The notes below the pieces were generated by a model, which worked only from the letters and a program-made list of their open reading frames with translations, was not told where the DNA came from and ran no database searches. A DNA stretch of 64,000 bases, taken from assembly GCF_001447785.1 (NCBI RefSeq), contig NW_015175443.1:14976-78975 (forward strand), written 5' to 3'. Position 1 is the stretch's first letter. Every line of letters starts with the position of its first letter. Below are positions 46,701-60,324 of this stretch, piece by piece. This DNA is from Gekko japonicus. Taxonomy: Eukaryota. The translations under genes were made by a program, and so were the position numbers.

Positions 46701-49658
46701 AGCATCTGGACCCCTTTCTAAATGGCATTCTTGTCATCCCTGCCCCCCCCCCCCGATGTGCTGTCACTTTGCAGCTTTACCTCCAGGTGTGTCCTCTCTG
46801 GCTTAATGTTCCTGGTTAGTTTTAAATAGGCCAATGCAGGTCATACAAATCCTGGCCTAAAGTCTAGTGAGACCTCCAGATCCTTGTCCTCCATCCAGAA
46901 ACTCAATAATTTCTGCCCACAGTCATATCTCTGCCATTGCTTCGGAGACACTGCCGTCACATAGTCTGGCTTTCACTGCCTCTTTCAGGGTATATACATA
47001 GATAGCCACTTTTCAGTAAAAAGGAGTTCTTAGCAGGACAGTGGCAAAGCTTGTACAGCCCTAGCTTAGTAATAATATTGGTTTGCAGGGATCAGCAAAA
47101 TTTAATATTTTTCTTCTTTATATATTGATGATATCATTGCTACATTCTAAGTGAGGGCAGGGGGCAGCAAGAGGTGGTGGTAAGCTTGGACAATACCCCT
47201 TATTGGTGATCACTGGTCATCAAACACTGATAGAAGCTAGTAAGTGTCTATTGTTGTTCTCTGTAATAAAAATGACAGAGCTGTCGAAAGTATGTTTATT
47301 CCAGTGTAATATTGATGAGACTTTGAGTAGAATATAAGGCTTGTAGTGCTAGCAAGAAAAAACCTGCAGCATTCTACTGGTGCTTTTTGGGAAGCTGCAT
47401 AATTATAACATCACGGTTGTTCGCTTTCTTGTCTGACCTACAGCTGTGTTTACTATAAAGTCCACATCAACTGTTGATGACAATCAGACAAGAAGAGTAG
47501 AATATTGCAAACTGCACACAAAGGCCAATGTTAGTTTTAATTAGCCCCTTGGACTGCCTCCATCTGGTCAGCCTATACTATTTGATGTATGGTTAAAGAG
47601 TTAGACTAGGGTCTAGCAGACCCAGTTTCAAATCCCCACTGAAGCTTATTGGGTCACTTTAGGCCAATCATTCGCTCTCAGCCTAACCTATCTCACGGGA
47701 TTGTTGTTGTGAGGATAAAAAGGTGAAGAGGAGAATGATGTTGTAAGTCACTTTGGGTCTCTATTGGCTAAATAGACAGACATGTAGACAGCTACATAGA
47801 TAGGTAGACAGATAGATAACATTGATCTCCCATTTATGCAAGCTTCCATATTATCTTGGATGAGTTACAAGTTATATTTAATATATACATTCTATTTGTG
47901 CACAGTACATTTATTTGGCTCAGACTGAATCCTATCCAGTAAATCAGATGTAAATCATCAATAATACAGCTTTTCCTTTTTTTAACTAAGCTGCTCCTCC
48001 CAACCATACAAACACTGTTCTTTAATATTTAAGATCAAAAACTTTACTTTCTCTTCTTTTTGTGTTATATACAGTTACTAATGTATCAGTACTTTCAAAA
48101 ACCATAACCATATAAGTATATAAATTCACAAATTGATGCACATCAACTTAGAATAAAAAACAACAGAAATCAAATAAATGGCACTATTGGGGACCAAACT
48201 TCTCAACTGTACATATTCTGCATTAGATTTATGGTGTTCTGTTAATTTAACTATGTTTACCTGTTCCTTTGAGAACCATACTTGTATTAAAGGGGTTACC
48301 TGCATCTACACTAATCTTGCCACAACAACTAAGCACAATACAAAATCATAACATTTCTTAAGTGTATCATTAATATCACCGAGCAGGTAAATTTTAGGGT
48401 CTAAAGATACATCAATATTCAATATGCCTTCCTGAAGTTACAGACTGCAATCCTAAGAACACTTTCCTGGGACTAAGTCCCATAGTATTTTGAGAAGTAG
48501 AATTGCTTCAGTTTTGCTATAAAGGCACCACGTGTGAAAGAAATCCACTTTGTTTTACTGACAGTACCAGTAAATGCCAAACCTTCATTTGTAAATCTTC
48601 ACGATTTTCCATTCAATAAATTGACATCCAGTGGCTATTTCAAAACACAAGCGAAAGACTGCCTTTATTTCATCACCAATCTAAAATGCAAGCCAGGCTA
48701 GCTGCGTGAAAATCTTCCACTGCCCCATGTCTCTCAGCCCTGCCTTTTAAAGTCACTCTTTTTTTTAAGCCTTTGTGACGTTAGTAGTCATCTTCTGCCA
48801 TTCACTTAAGATCTAATCAGGTCCCAACACGGAAGGGGAAATCTACTAATCTTTGGGGGGGCCTCTGTGATAAGTCGCAGCCTGGGATGGAAAGCGTGCA
48901 TGGATGGCAACACTTTCTTTTCCAAGCTTCCCTCCTGAGTTTTCTTCTACAAGCCCACCGCCAGCAGATGGGGGGGAGGTCTGAAGAGGAAAGTGCCTGC
49001 TGCTCACTTTCTGCTTCAAGCCACCTCTAGCCAGGTTGCCACTGAAATCTCACGAGGCAGTGTTGTGCCTCGATATGGGCTTTGCCCCATTTATTAAGAA
49101 ATTACAAAATGCTGGCAAAACAAAATAGGCATCCAAGATAAAACAGGAGAAAACTGTAGGTCTCATTTTGCTTGAGTTCTTTTGTCTGTGCTTACAAACA
49201 CATCACTTCTTTTTGGGGGGGACTTTTAAAAAATATATTAATTTAGGAGTTTTTGTGCAAACCTAGAGGTTTCACTAAGTTTGTAGAACCATTGCCCTGC
49301 TCAACCCTGGCACCACTGTGCATATGTTTTGATCGGCACACTGGGCACCATGTTTAGAATTAGATTTATTTATTTATTTTTATTTATTTGGGATTTGTAT
49401 CCCGCCCCATCCAGTATTCAGCTCGGGGCGGCTTACATAAGTTTTATGAAAAATTAGATAGGTAGCATATCAGCTTGGCAATATGGACACGGAATTGTAT
49501 TATTATGGTGAAAAAAATAGAATTTTAAAGCTCATCACATAATTGCATTGCTTTTGCTTTTTCCCCATTACTGCTTCAAAGTTGTGCTCATAAAGATTAC
49601 TGAATTAAATCTAAACCTAATTTTTTGCTGATTACTCTCTCCCACTGCAGACCCATTA

Positions 49659-49918
49659 CAGTTTGGTGCCGTGGTTAGGAGCAGCGGACTCTAATCTGGA
49701 GACCCAGATTTGATTCCCCACTCCTCCACATGCAGCCACCTGGGTGACCTTGGATTCAGTCACAGTTCTCTCAGAGCTGTTCTCTCAAGAGTTCTCTCAG
49801 AGCTCTCTCAGCCCCAGCTACCTCACAGGGTGTCTGTTGTGGGGAGAGGAAGGGAAGGAGATTGTAAGCCACTCTGAGACTTCAAGTGAAGGGTGGGGTA
49901 TAAATCTTCTTTTTCTTC
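49659..49918 (+). mobile_element. Squam3-like tRNA SINE
   Basis: Same family as 2072-2336; further copies or fragments at ~52032-52232, 57210-57420 and 61880-62090. Confidence 0.75.
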
Positions 49919-50136
49919 ATGGGAGACTATTTCTGGGGGTGTCCCTCTGTCCCTGGAGGCATTGTTTTGGCAGCATAGTAGGCCAGAGGGGAGATGGGAA
50001 CTCTTTTCACAGTATTATTTGATCCAACTCATTATCTTTTGGTAAAGAGACCCTTGGCTATCTTACTGGATGGGTTGTTGATGCAGAAAATTGGCTTTAT
50101 TAACAGATCTTGGTGGTGGTGGTGGTGGTGGTGGTG

Positions 50137-50349
50137 GAAAGTGCTGTCAAGTCGCAACTGACTTATGGTGACCTCATAGGATTTTCAAGGCATGAGATGT
50201 TCAGAGGTTGTTTGCCATTGACTGCCTCTGCATAGCAACCCTGAGACTTCCTTGGCAACCTCCCATCTAAATACTAACCAGGGACGACCCTGTTTAGCTT
50301 CTGAGATCTGACATGATCAGGCTAACCTGGGCCATCCAAGCCAGGGCCA
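50137..50349 (-). mobile_element. 5S rRNA-derived SINE
   Basis: Minus strand CCTGATCATGTCAGATCTCAGAAGCTAAACAGGGTCGTCCCTGGTTAGTATTTAGATGGGAG matches the 5S rRNA internal control region; Bov-B-like tail followed by (CCA)n. Confidence 0.78.
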
Positions 50350-52499
50350 TATTTAAAGATAAGTCTCGTCTCAACCCAGATTTGAGAGATTCAGGAAGTT
50401 TAGGCTGGTGGTATTAGCAGATCTTACTAATTTATATTGTCCAATTACCTCAATTTTCTCTTTGTTAACCTTATGTACCAAAATGCTTCCATATAATTTA
50501 ATAAGCACCAATAAATGAGTGCTTGACTGACCAATGTTCTTTAAATATACAACAATGTCACCCTCAAATTCTGTTTAAAGTGATGATTTTTGTCACATCA
50601 GTCTGTTCTCAATAGGATTGCACTCCACTTTAAAGAACAGGTTCACAGCTTTGGGAAACTATTTGATCCAGAGCCAGATAGAGGTGTAGATCTCTTGTCA
50701 TGTAGCCAGTGTGGTGTCATAGATTGCTGGACTAGGCTTGGGGAGACACAGGTTCAAATCCCTGTTCACCATGAAACTTATTTGGACCAGTCACTCTCAC
50801 TCAATATAACCTACCTCACAAGGTTGTTTTGAGGAGAATATGGACAGTGGGAGAGCCATGCAGGCCACACTGAGCTCTTTAGAGGAATGGTAGGATAAAT
50901 GTACACTAAATAAACAACAGCAAGCTTAATCAGCTCTGGTTGGTATACCTGCTGCGACCCTTCCTTGAGACGCAAAGCTTGGTCACAGTTATCCATATAG
51001 GTAGGACTACTGCAATCCACTGTACATGGGGCTGCCTTCTGAAGACTGTACAGAAACTTCAACTGATTTAAAATACAGTTGCATGGGTGCTGGTGTCAGG
51101 CTCCTTAGTCAGGGAACACCACACAAGGCTTCTTTTAGAAGATCAGTGTTTATTGGTAGTCCAGTACTAAAGAACGAGTATACAGCTTGTGTCAGGAATA
51201 CCCAACAGTATAATGGCCCCTGACTTATAGTGGAATCAAACTCCCCCCCCATGAGCTGAAGCCAATGGATATTATTTGTGCGCGCGGGCTGAAGCTAGCA
51301 AGCGAGCGGCAAAGCGTAAAAGCCGTTAGCATTCCCAGACGAGTTAATTGCAGCTGGGAACATCAACAAGGTCAAGCTACAAATAGCACACAGTAGCTGG
51401 ACAGGGATGAGCTGGGAAAGAGGAGGAGGCGCACCCCACCACATTCCAGATCTATGACAGGGCTACCTGACATCTGGCAAGCACAAGCTAAAGGGATCAT
51501 CTATAGTGACTGCCACTTTACTTCCAAGCACAATTTCAAGAAATGTTTATTATCTCAAGCCAAACACAGTCTGCAGCCAGCTATCTGAAGGACCATTTTC
51601 TCCAGTAAACCTGACTGCTAGATCATTGTCACAGTTCACGCTGTGTTGTTGTTTTAAAAAAATATATTATATAACAAACATCAAATCAATAACATGCAAC
51701 GATAAGAAATATCAAACAAGTTACAATACTATAAATGAAGTTGTCGATAATCATGGTCATGCTACATCTAGACTTTGTGTAATTATCAAAAGGTTGTCTA
51801 TGAATGTATCCAGTCATTCTGCCATCTCTGCAACTCTCTGATGTTTGTTCATCCATGCCCTTAATGACAATGGCTAAGAATGCTGACATTGCTGTGGAAT
51901 CCAGACTTTGGCACTCCCACCCCACAGAGACTTGCCTGGTGCAAAAACTTACAATATTTTATGTACCAAAATATTTTTATTCCATCAAACATTTTTATAA
52001 TGTATCCTGTTATCAAGACTTTAAGGGGACCTTTGATTCCCCACTCCTCCACATGCAGCCAGCTGGATGACCTTGGGTCAGTCACAGTTCTCTCCAAGCT
52101 CTTTCAGCTCCATCTACCTCACAAGGTGTCTGTTGTGGGGAGAGGAAGGGAAGGCGATTACAAGCCACTCCAAGACTCCTTTTGGGTAGTGAAGGGCAGG
52201 GTATAAAGCCAACTCCTCTTCTCTTCATCTTCTGCCTGTACTGGAAGAAGGCTCTTTGTACCAATGGAAGGCTCTCCATTGTACTTGCTTTTTTGTCAGG
52301 TTGCTTTTTCCCTTCATACTGCCTGTTTGCTTCAGTGTGGCCAGTGGACAATAATTATCATCACCTTCTAATGAACCACAACATCATTCAATATGTAGTT
52401 CATTTGGTGCAGGTAAAACCAGCATCTATATCATCTTTCACATGATGGCATGCTCTCTCTTCAGAAGAATAGCTTATACAATCTCCATATTAGAATATA

Positions 52500-52790
52500 T
52501 TCAGGTGGGTAGCCATGTTCGTCTGAAGCAACAGAACAAAGTTTGAGTCAGTGGCACCTTTGAGACCAACAAAGTTTAATTCTGGGTACAAGCTTTCGTG
52601 TGCGTGCATACTTCATCAGAATCTGATGAATCAGTAATCTCCCTTTGAAATTCCTTTGTAAGAGAACTGCTACTCTTAAATCAGCAACTGAATGTCCTGG
52701 AAGGTTAAAATGTCCTCCCACTAGTTTTTGATTATTCTGGTTTCTAACGTCAGACTTATTCCATTTATACTTTGTCATAGGGAGATGCAC
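52500..52790 (-). mobile_element. Penelope-like element fragment (GIY-YIG C-terminus + pLTR with hammerhead motif)
   Basis: ORF 52548..52790 GGHFNLPGHSVADLRVAVLLQRNFKGRL; pLTR with CTGATGA...GAAA at 52581-52620. Confidence 0.8.
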
Positions 52791-52969
52791 AGGTTTTGAT
52801 GTCCCAGTGTTATCTTCTTCCTCTGATTTTATTATTAGGAGTTCCTCCCTTGCCCAACTTTTGAATCAGACTCTCAATGTCTTCTTTGTGCATAAAAGAA
52901 TGGTAGCAATAATGATGCTGGGTTAGATTTTTGGGATACAGTAATGCAGGATGAACACAGTGTGATAAA

Positions 52970-53310
52970 TAAAAAGGAGTCTTGCAGCACCTCAAAGACT
53001 AATGAAGTTTCGTTCCAGCATAAACCTTCATGGATTGTAGCCCACTTCTTCAGAACAAGGGTCCATTACATGCAGGAAGCATAGATTTAAATGTAATTAT
53101 GTAAAATTCATATCTGACCAAGAAAAATCCAGAAACCAATAACCAGTGTGATAATGACTACAGGGGGGATAAAAATTCCAAGTCTCTGTTCAGTCCTGAG
53201 GAGAGATAATGTAAAACTTTTCACACATTCCAATTCAGCCCTTTCAGGCCAGAATCTCCCTTTGAATTCTCTCAAGAATGCTGGCATAACAACGTCTGAA
53301 TTCAGCAATT
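52970..53310 (-). mobile_element. Second, older Penelope-like fragment
   Basis: ORF 53108..53308 REFKGRFWPERAELE; pLTR-like CTGAAGAAGTGGGCT...CCATGAAGG at 53013-53054. Confidence 0.6.
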
Positions 53311-53889
53311 GTCCTGTGTAAAATGTATCCCTTGTTTATCCACACAATTCCAGCAGAGCAGGAATACTTGGGTTAATCACAGACTGTATACTTATTCTGA
53401 CACATAAAATGCATCCTACATTCTGAATCATGCAATTCACACTCCACAGGCCTACAGATGTTGAAGAACCAGCTCCAAGGGTAATGAGTTATGAGTAATC
53501 ATTGCTTTTAGTATTCCTATTATGTTGCTGGATTGTCACATTTGTTTTTAACTGTGTTTGGTTCTGCGTTTTTATAGAATTGTTGGGATTATTGTTGTTA
53601 GCTGCTATGAATGCCTTTACAGCAGAAATGCAAGACCAACTAAATTCTTTGGACAGAAGATAAAATTAAAAAAATTACACTGCCATTTCTAGGTGTTGAA
53701 AAGGTGTTTGACAGAGTTGAATGGGGATGGCCGAACAAGGTAGTGGAACACTTCTATCTGGGAAGTCAATGTAAAAACTGGATCTCTTTAATGCATGACA
53801 GCCTGATAACAAAGATATCAATATTTATATTGTGAGAAAGGCAATTAATAAATGTTTTAAATAATAATAATAATAAAATAATAAGTTCA

Positions 53890-54745
53890 GTGTGTTTTAT
53901 AGATTATAGCAAAGCTTTCAGCTGGGTGGATCATGAAAAACTATGGATTTTTTTAATGGTGGTTGCACAATATCTGATTGTTCTGATGTACAACCTGTAC
54001 TTTGGACAGGAGGCTACTGTCAGGTCAGAATATGGAGGAACAGACTGGTTTCCAATTGACAAAGGTGTCAAACAGAGATTATATTATGTCCATATCTATT
54101 CAGTTGAAATGCAGAACATATCATATGGCAAACTAGATTAGATTTAGATGAAAGTGGAATAAAAATTGGTGGAAGGAAAATCAACAATTTGAGATATGCA
54201 GGTTACACCATGTTATTGGCAGAAAACAGCAATGATTTGAAACTACTACTGATGAAGGTTAAAGGAGAAAGTGCCAAAGTAGGATTACAGCTAAACATCA
54301 AGAAGGCAAAACTAATGACTACTGAGAAATTACACAGCTTTAAGACTGACTATGAAAAAATTGAAATTGTTCAAAAACAATTATTCCTTGGCTCATCAAC
54401 CAAAAGTAAAAAGTTGGAGCGCTAGCTATGAATTGTGGTGTTGGATACAAGTTTTATGGATACTGTGGACCACCAAAAGGATAAATAAGTGGGCTCTAGA
54501 TCAAATCAAGCCTGAATTGTCACTAGAAGTTAAAATGACTAAACAGGGGCAATAGTACTAAACAGGGGCCATCACATCATCAGAAGACAGGACTCACTAG
54601 AAAAGGCAATACTAGGAAAAGTTGAAGGCAGTGGGATAAAAGGAACACCTAACATGAGATGAATTGACTGAATAATGGAAGCCATGGCCTTTAGTTTGCA
54701 AGACCTGAGGAAGACTTGTAATGGCAGGACATGCTGTAATTTATT
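53890..54745 (+). mobile_element. RTE/Bov-B-like LINE RT fragment
   Basis: CFIDYSKAF.WVDHEKLW, KGVKQ, NNLRYA, GLQLNIKKAK. Confidence 0.85.
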
Positions 54746-56336
54746 TAATGATAACATACTATTAAACAGGCATACATTTCGAGAAACTTTACATCTCTAT
54801 TCTTAAATATTTAAAAGTTATAATAATTTATATGTATCCATATAATGAAAATTCTCTTTGCCACACTGAATTCAAGTAAGCAGGTCTAACCAGTGTTCTT
54901 AGGATTGGAATGACAATTATGCAAGGATTTTTACACCAATCTTCTAACCATGCTCTCTGTCACAGTTCATTCAATTTGAATTTCCATTTATTGTAAGACG
55001 TTGGACTAGGATCTGTGAGACCCAGGTTCGAATCTCTCATTGAAGCTTGCTGGGAGACCTTGGGCCAGTTACACACTCTCAGCCTAAAATGTCCCACAGG
55101 ATTGCTGTGTGGGAGGGTCTCTACTGGGGAGAAAGGCAGGGTATAAATGTTTTGTGTGTGTGTTTCATGGACCATCTAAATAATAAGGACTGTGTTAACA
55201 GGAATTTGACATCTTTAAAAACTTAGTTCAATTCCTTACTAAAACTAACAAACGATTGGCCTTTGACTTTATAGGGATGTTTTCTGCTTGATGCTTAGTT
55301 GTTTATTAATGGAAAATATATTTTTAATGTTGAGGTTTATCTAATCTGTCACTAAAATACTGTCAATAAAAAATCTTGCTCAGACCTTCCATCTATTTAA
55401 GCATCCTGAGGGTTATAACGAAGATAAACAATTGAAATTGCATTCAATTTCCATGTTAACTTCTTGTTAATGAATTACATTCAATAATTTTTAAAATACA
55501 CAGTTTGGAAACTAGTTATTTAAGGCAGAGAGGTTTATACAAATGAATTTTTTTCTTTCTTATTGTGTCCCTTGTAAAATACATGAACAAATCAATTTAC
55601 ATAAGGAAATTAAGAACTAAAGAGCAACAATATTTTCACATGAAATAAAGATTGTTAGATCTGATGTTTTGAAATAATATAATACATATTCTTTATAAAT
55701 ACGTATATGAGATTTGTGATCACGGATTTTGCCATACTAAGCATAGTTACACCCTTGGTTCATTGACTTCAATGGACTCAGAAGGGTGTAACTTGCATTT
55801 AGGATGGCAGTGTGAAGAGAGAATTTCCTCTAATCCTACTGAATTTACTGTGAATTTCAAATACATGCATGGCCCAATGCAATTAATCCAGCAAAAGATA
55901 CTTCTATGGCTTGATGAAATATTGTATGTGCAAATGGGAGTTGGAGGCACAACTGTCCCTACTTGGGATGGGTCGGTACTGCACATGCAATGCCATTTAA
56001 AGAAAAGAGGAAAACATGAACTGGGGTGGGGTGCAATGGTAGTGGATTCATTCTCTCCACACATCCCACCCAATGATCTGCACAGTTCTAGCTTCTTGTC
56101 TTGTTAAACGAGATCAATTACAGCTCCAGGTTGGGAAATACCAGGAGATTTTAGGGGTGGAGGCTGAGGTGGGCAGAGTTTGGGGAGGGGAAGGGCTTTA
56201 ATGGTGTATAACTCCATCGAATCTATGTTCTAAAGCAGCCATTTTCTCCAGGTGACCTGATCTCTGTCTCCTGGAGCTCAGTTGTAATCTCCATGTACCA
56301 TCTGGAGCTCAGTTGTAATCTCCATGTACCATCAGC

Positions 56337-56755
56337 CAGGGGTCATTTCCTGCAGGAGTGCACAGGAGCGGAGTTCCAGCAGTAAAGAGCCCAGGGGGCG
56401 GGTGCATGCAACAAGCCCCACCCCTGCTCCCAGCAGCCCTCAGTCAGAGCAAGAAGCAGCCAGGTAAGTTGCAGAAGCCCCCCCCCCCACCTCCGGTCCA
56501 AAACAGTCCAGTGGCACCTTTAAGACCAAGTTTTATTCAGGTACAAGCTCTCCCTTTTCTGCAAGGACAGATCTGCATGTTCCCCCACCCCCCCAATAGC
56601 TAGCAATCCAAAACAGTCCAGTGGAGCCTGAGCGGTGGGTGTTGCCTTCTGACACACTTCCGGTGATGTCAGGGGGTGTTGCATATGCAAATAAGTTATG
56701 CTAATAAATTATGCTAATGAGCTCCTGCACCTCTTTTTCTACGAAATGACCCCTG
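56337..56755. mobile_element. hAT-type MITE related to 11127-11519
   Basis: TIRs CAGGGGTCATTTC/GAAATGACCCCTG; shared TATGCTAATGAG and GGAGTTCC subterminal motifs; TSD degenerate. Confidence 0.65.
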
Positions 56756-57732
56756 CTTACAGCACACTACAGAAATGCTTGAAGAGGAGCCTACATTTAT
56801 TTTCTTATTATCTTTGAAGTCTCAGTTCTAGATATATTTATTTAGAGAGAAGATTGATAAAAGCACATTAAGGAATTTAGACTTTACAATGACAACCCAA
56901 GGCAAGAACAATGCTCCAAGGGAACACAAGCATCAACAATGAAATTATGAATTTAGGCTAGGAGTATGATCCTGTTCTTTCTAAAAACTTAAGTTACTAA
57001 AAAAACTTACATAGATAAAATATCATCTTCAAAGATGGAAAGTGCTTTCACACACGCTGGACAATGCGCTTTCAATCCGCTTTGGAGACTGGTCGCATGT
57101 GTATGTCGCCATTTCACGCAGTAAAATCCAATTGCAAAGTGTATTGAAAGTGCATTTTTCAGCTTGTGTGAAAAGTGCCCATCTACAGTGATTCATTCAC
57201 ACAAAATATTAGCCAGCATGATATAGTGTTCAGCATGTAGGCACAGGATATGGGAGATCCAGGTTCAAATCCCTGCTCTGCCATGGAAGCTTGTTGGGAG
57301 ACCTTGGGCCAGTCACACACACCCAGCCTAACCTACCTCACAGGGTTGTTGTGAAATAAAATGCAGGAGAATGATGTAAGCTGCTGTGCTCCATTGGGAG
57401 GAAAGGCAGGGTAAAAATTAAGTCAGTAAAACAGAAGGACTCCTTTCCCACTGCACCAGTCCTGCCTCTGCAATATTCTTATGGCAGGTCCACCAAATAT
57501 CATAAGAATAAATTAAACCGCTTAATTTAGGTACCTATGCATCTGGGAGATAAGGGTAAAAATTTCAATAAATGTGGACACAGATTAGATTTTGAGAAAT
57601 GCAGATACCTCATTATCATACCCCATGCTATTCAACAGACATTCCCTGAACCAATAGCATAATTTGCTTCCATATTTTCACACGAAATGGAATAAGAGTG
57701 TTGAACTTTAACAGTTCCAAAATGTGACTCAC

Positions 57733-60105
57733 CTCTCCAGATGAATTTGGAACCAGCTCCTTCACATTTCCTACTTCCCCATTTGATGAAAAGACAGGGA
57801 TGTTGGGACTGAAAACCATGAGGTCACTCTTGGCACCAGGCTCCCCACTCACTCCTGCCAGGATGTGGCTGTGGCGATTGGAATACGACCAGCTGCCCAC
57901 TTCACTGGCACACACCAGTGTGGCTGTCCCAGGGCCGTACATCATTGCCTCCTTGGCCTGGCTCTGGCATCGCAGCGCCACATACACGAGGATCACCAGC
58001 AGGAACAAGCTGGACACTGAACAGATGGCGATGATCAGGTAGAGATTGGCAGTGTCTGCCAGCGGCTTTGCATTCCCCCCTGTCCTGGGAAGACGAGCAT
58101 CAGTTTTGATGGCCTGGGTATTTGCCACCAGAGACAAACTCAGAGTGGCTGTGGCTGAGAGCGGAGGCTTGCCGTGGTCCTTCACCACAACCAGGAGATT
58201 CTGGCTGCTTCCACCCTCTACCTCATCCAGGATGCGCGTGGTGCTGATCTCACCACTGTACAGTCCCACTCGCCAAGGGCCACTGTTTGCTTCATGCAGC
58301 TCATAGCGAAGCCAGGCGTTGTATCCTGAGTCAGCATCCAGGGCACGGATCTTGCCCACAACATGTCCAGCAATCACAGGGACCACTAATAAGGTGGGGG
58401 CCTCCTCTAGCCCAGACACAGAAGGTGTGTTGTCATTCTCATCCAACACGAAGACCTGAACTGTTACATTGCTGCACAGGGAGGGCAGCCCAGCATCCTT
58501 AGCGCTCACTTGGAATTCCAGTAACTTTAGCTCCTCATAGTTGAATGGCTGCAAGGCATAAAGCTTCCCACTTTCCGAATGCACTGAGATATAGCTTGAC
58601 AGCGGCCAGAGCTTCTCATCCAGCCAGTAGCTGACCAAGGCGTTCTCAGACACATCTGGGTCTGAAGCAGACATAGTGAAGATGTGAGCGCCAGGTGGGT
58701 TGTTCTCCTTCACAAAGATTCTATAGGAGGATTGTGCAAAAGCGGGTGCATTGTCATTTATATCACCAACGGGCACCACCAAGCTTCTAGTAGCTGACAG
58801 CGATGGAGTCCCTTCATCTCGGCCTGTTACCACTAGCTCATACTTAGCTACTTGTTCCCTATCCAAAGGCTCCTGCAGCACCAGAGAGTAGTAATTCCTG
58901 AAATTGGATACTAGCTTGAAGGGAAGTCCAGGAGGCCACAGTGAGCAAATCACTTGCCCATTGACTCCAGAGTCCTTGTCTGAGACACTGATCAGCGCCA
59001 CCACCATCCCTTGGGGAGAGTTCTCTGGCACCGGCACTGATAGGGACTTCAGTGACACTTCAGGAGCATTGTCATTCACGTCTATGATCTCTACCACAAC
59101 CTTGCAGTGTCCGGCCAGTGGAGGATTGCCTTTATCTTCTGCCACAACTTGAATTTCCCATAAATTAAGGTCTTCATAATCCAATAGCCCTACAGTCTTG
59201 ATTTCACCAGTGATCTCACTTATTTGGAAAACATTTTTAACTCTGGCAGAAACAAGGCTGCTAAAAGAATAAGCAACTTCCTTGGCCATTCCTTCATCCA
59301 AGTCTGTGGCACTGAGTGTAGTTATGAGTGTCCCATTAACTGGATTCTCTGGCACCTGAACCTTATAGACTGATTGATTGAATAAGGGAGCATTATCGTT
59401 TACATCCAGCACATTTATTACTATCCGAAGTGTCCCTGTGAGTTCCGGTTTGCCCCCATCATTAGCTGTCAGTAACAAATGATGCACAGAGATGTCTTCT
59501 CTGTCTAGGGGTTTCTTTAATTCAAGCCCAGCAGATTTACTGTGGTCTTCATTTGTTACTACATTGAGCCTGAAATAGTCACTTGGAATGATCTTGTAGG
59601 TTAACAGAGCATTTGTGCCAATATCTGAATCAGAAGCACTCTCTAGTGGGAAAGGAGAATGTGGCAGTCTTGATTCTGGAATAAACAGTGTTTGTTCAAT
59701 GACAGAGAAAACAGGGGCATTGTCATTTATGTCTGCAACCTCCACTTCCACATGGAAGACCCCCAAGGGTTTATCCACAATCACCTCCAGGTGAATGGCA
59801 CAGACAGAGCTCTTGGCACACAGCTCCTCCCTGTCTATCCGAGAATTCACAAACAAAACACCATTCTGCACATTTACCTCAAAATAGTCCTCACGGCCTT
59901 GGGACTCCAGTCGGAACATCCGAGGCACGAGATCACTCACCTCCAGCCCCAGATCCTGGGCGATGCGACCGACAAAGGTGCCATGCTGGGATTCCTCAGG
60001 CACGGAATAATGGAGCTGGCCACTCCCTGATTCCCAGGCTGTGTGAAGGAGAACCAGCTGCAGCAGCCACCTCCTCTCCAAGGAATTTGTCCACATAATA
60101 ACCAT
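57733..60105 (-). CDS. PCDHA: Protocadherin-alpha variable exon V5, intact
   Basis: Open 791 codons from ATG 60105 to phase-0 donor GAG|GTGAGT at 57733/57732; six EC repeats, TM and VCD. Confidence 0.95.
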
Positions 60106-60307
60106 AGAGATATAAAATCAGGATGCTTCCTCCAAATTGTTTGTAGCAAATAAAGCTAATATGGGTGGCTTAGGAAACCACCGGCAGTCAGAGAGTCACA
60201 TCACTAATAAAATCTTATCACAATTGGGTATCTCCTGTGTTCCCCCCTCCCCCCCAAAAAAAGGTCCAGAGCAGTATTTTACAGTGCCAAGGAGATTTTT
60301 TAGGCAA

Positions 60308-60324
60308 TAGCGACACCATGTGAC
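60308..60324 (-). promoter_or_regulatory. CSE / CTCF site of V5 with canonical CGCT box
   Basis: Sense GTCACATGGTGTCGCTA, 203 bp upstream of the ATG. Confidence 0.8.

Noticed and set aside
50250-50340. 5S rRNA-like sequence (also ~29070 and ~11650)
   Set aside because: Partial, diverged and fused to a LINE-like tail; a SINE head rather than an rRNA gene. tRNA-like SINE heads were likewise not called as tRNAs.
51240-51940. CpG-containing stretch and short ORFs, possibly a DNA-transposon relic
   Set aside because: No clear TIR/TSD or diagnostic protein motif could be established by eye.
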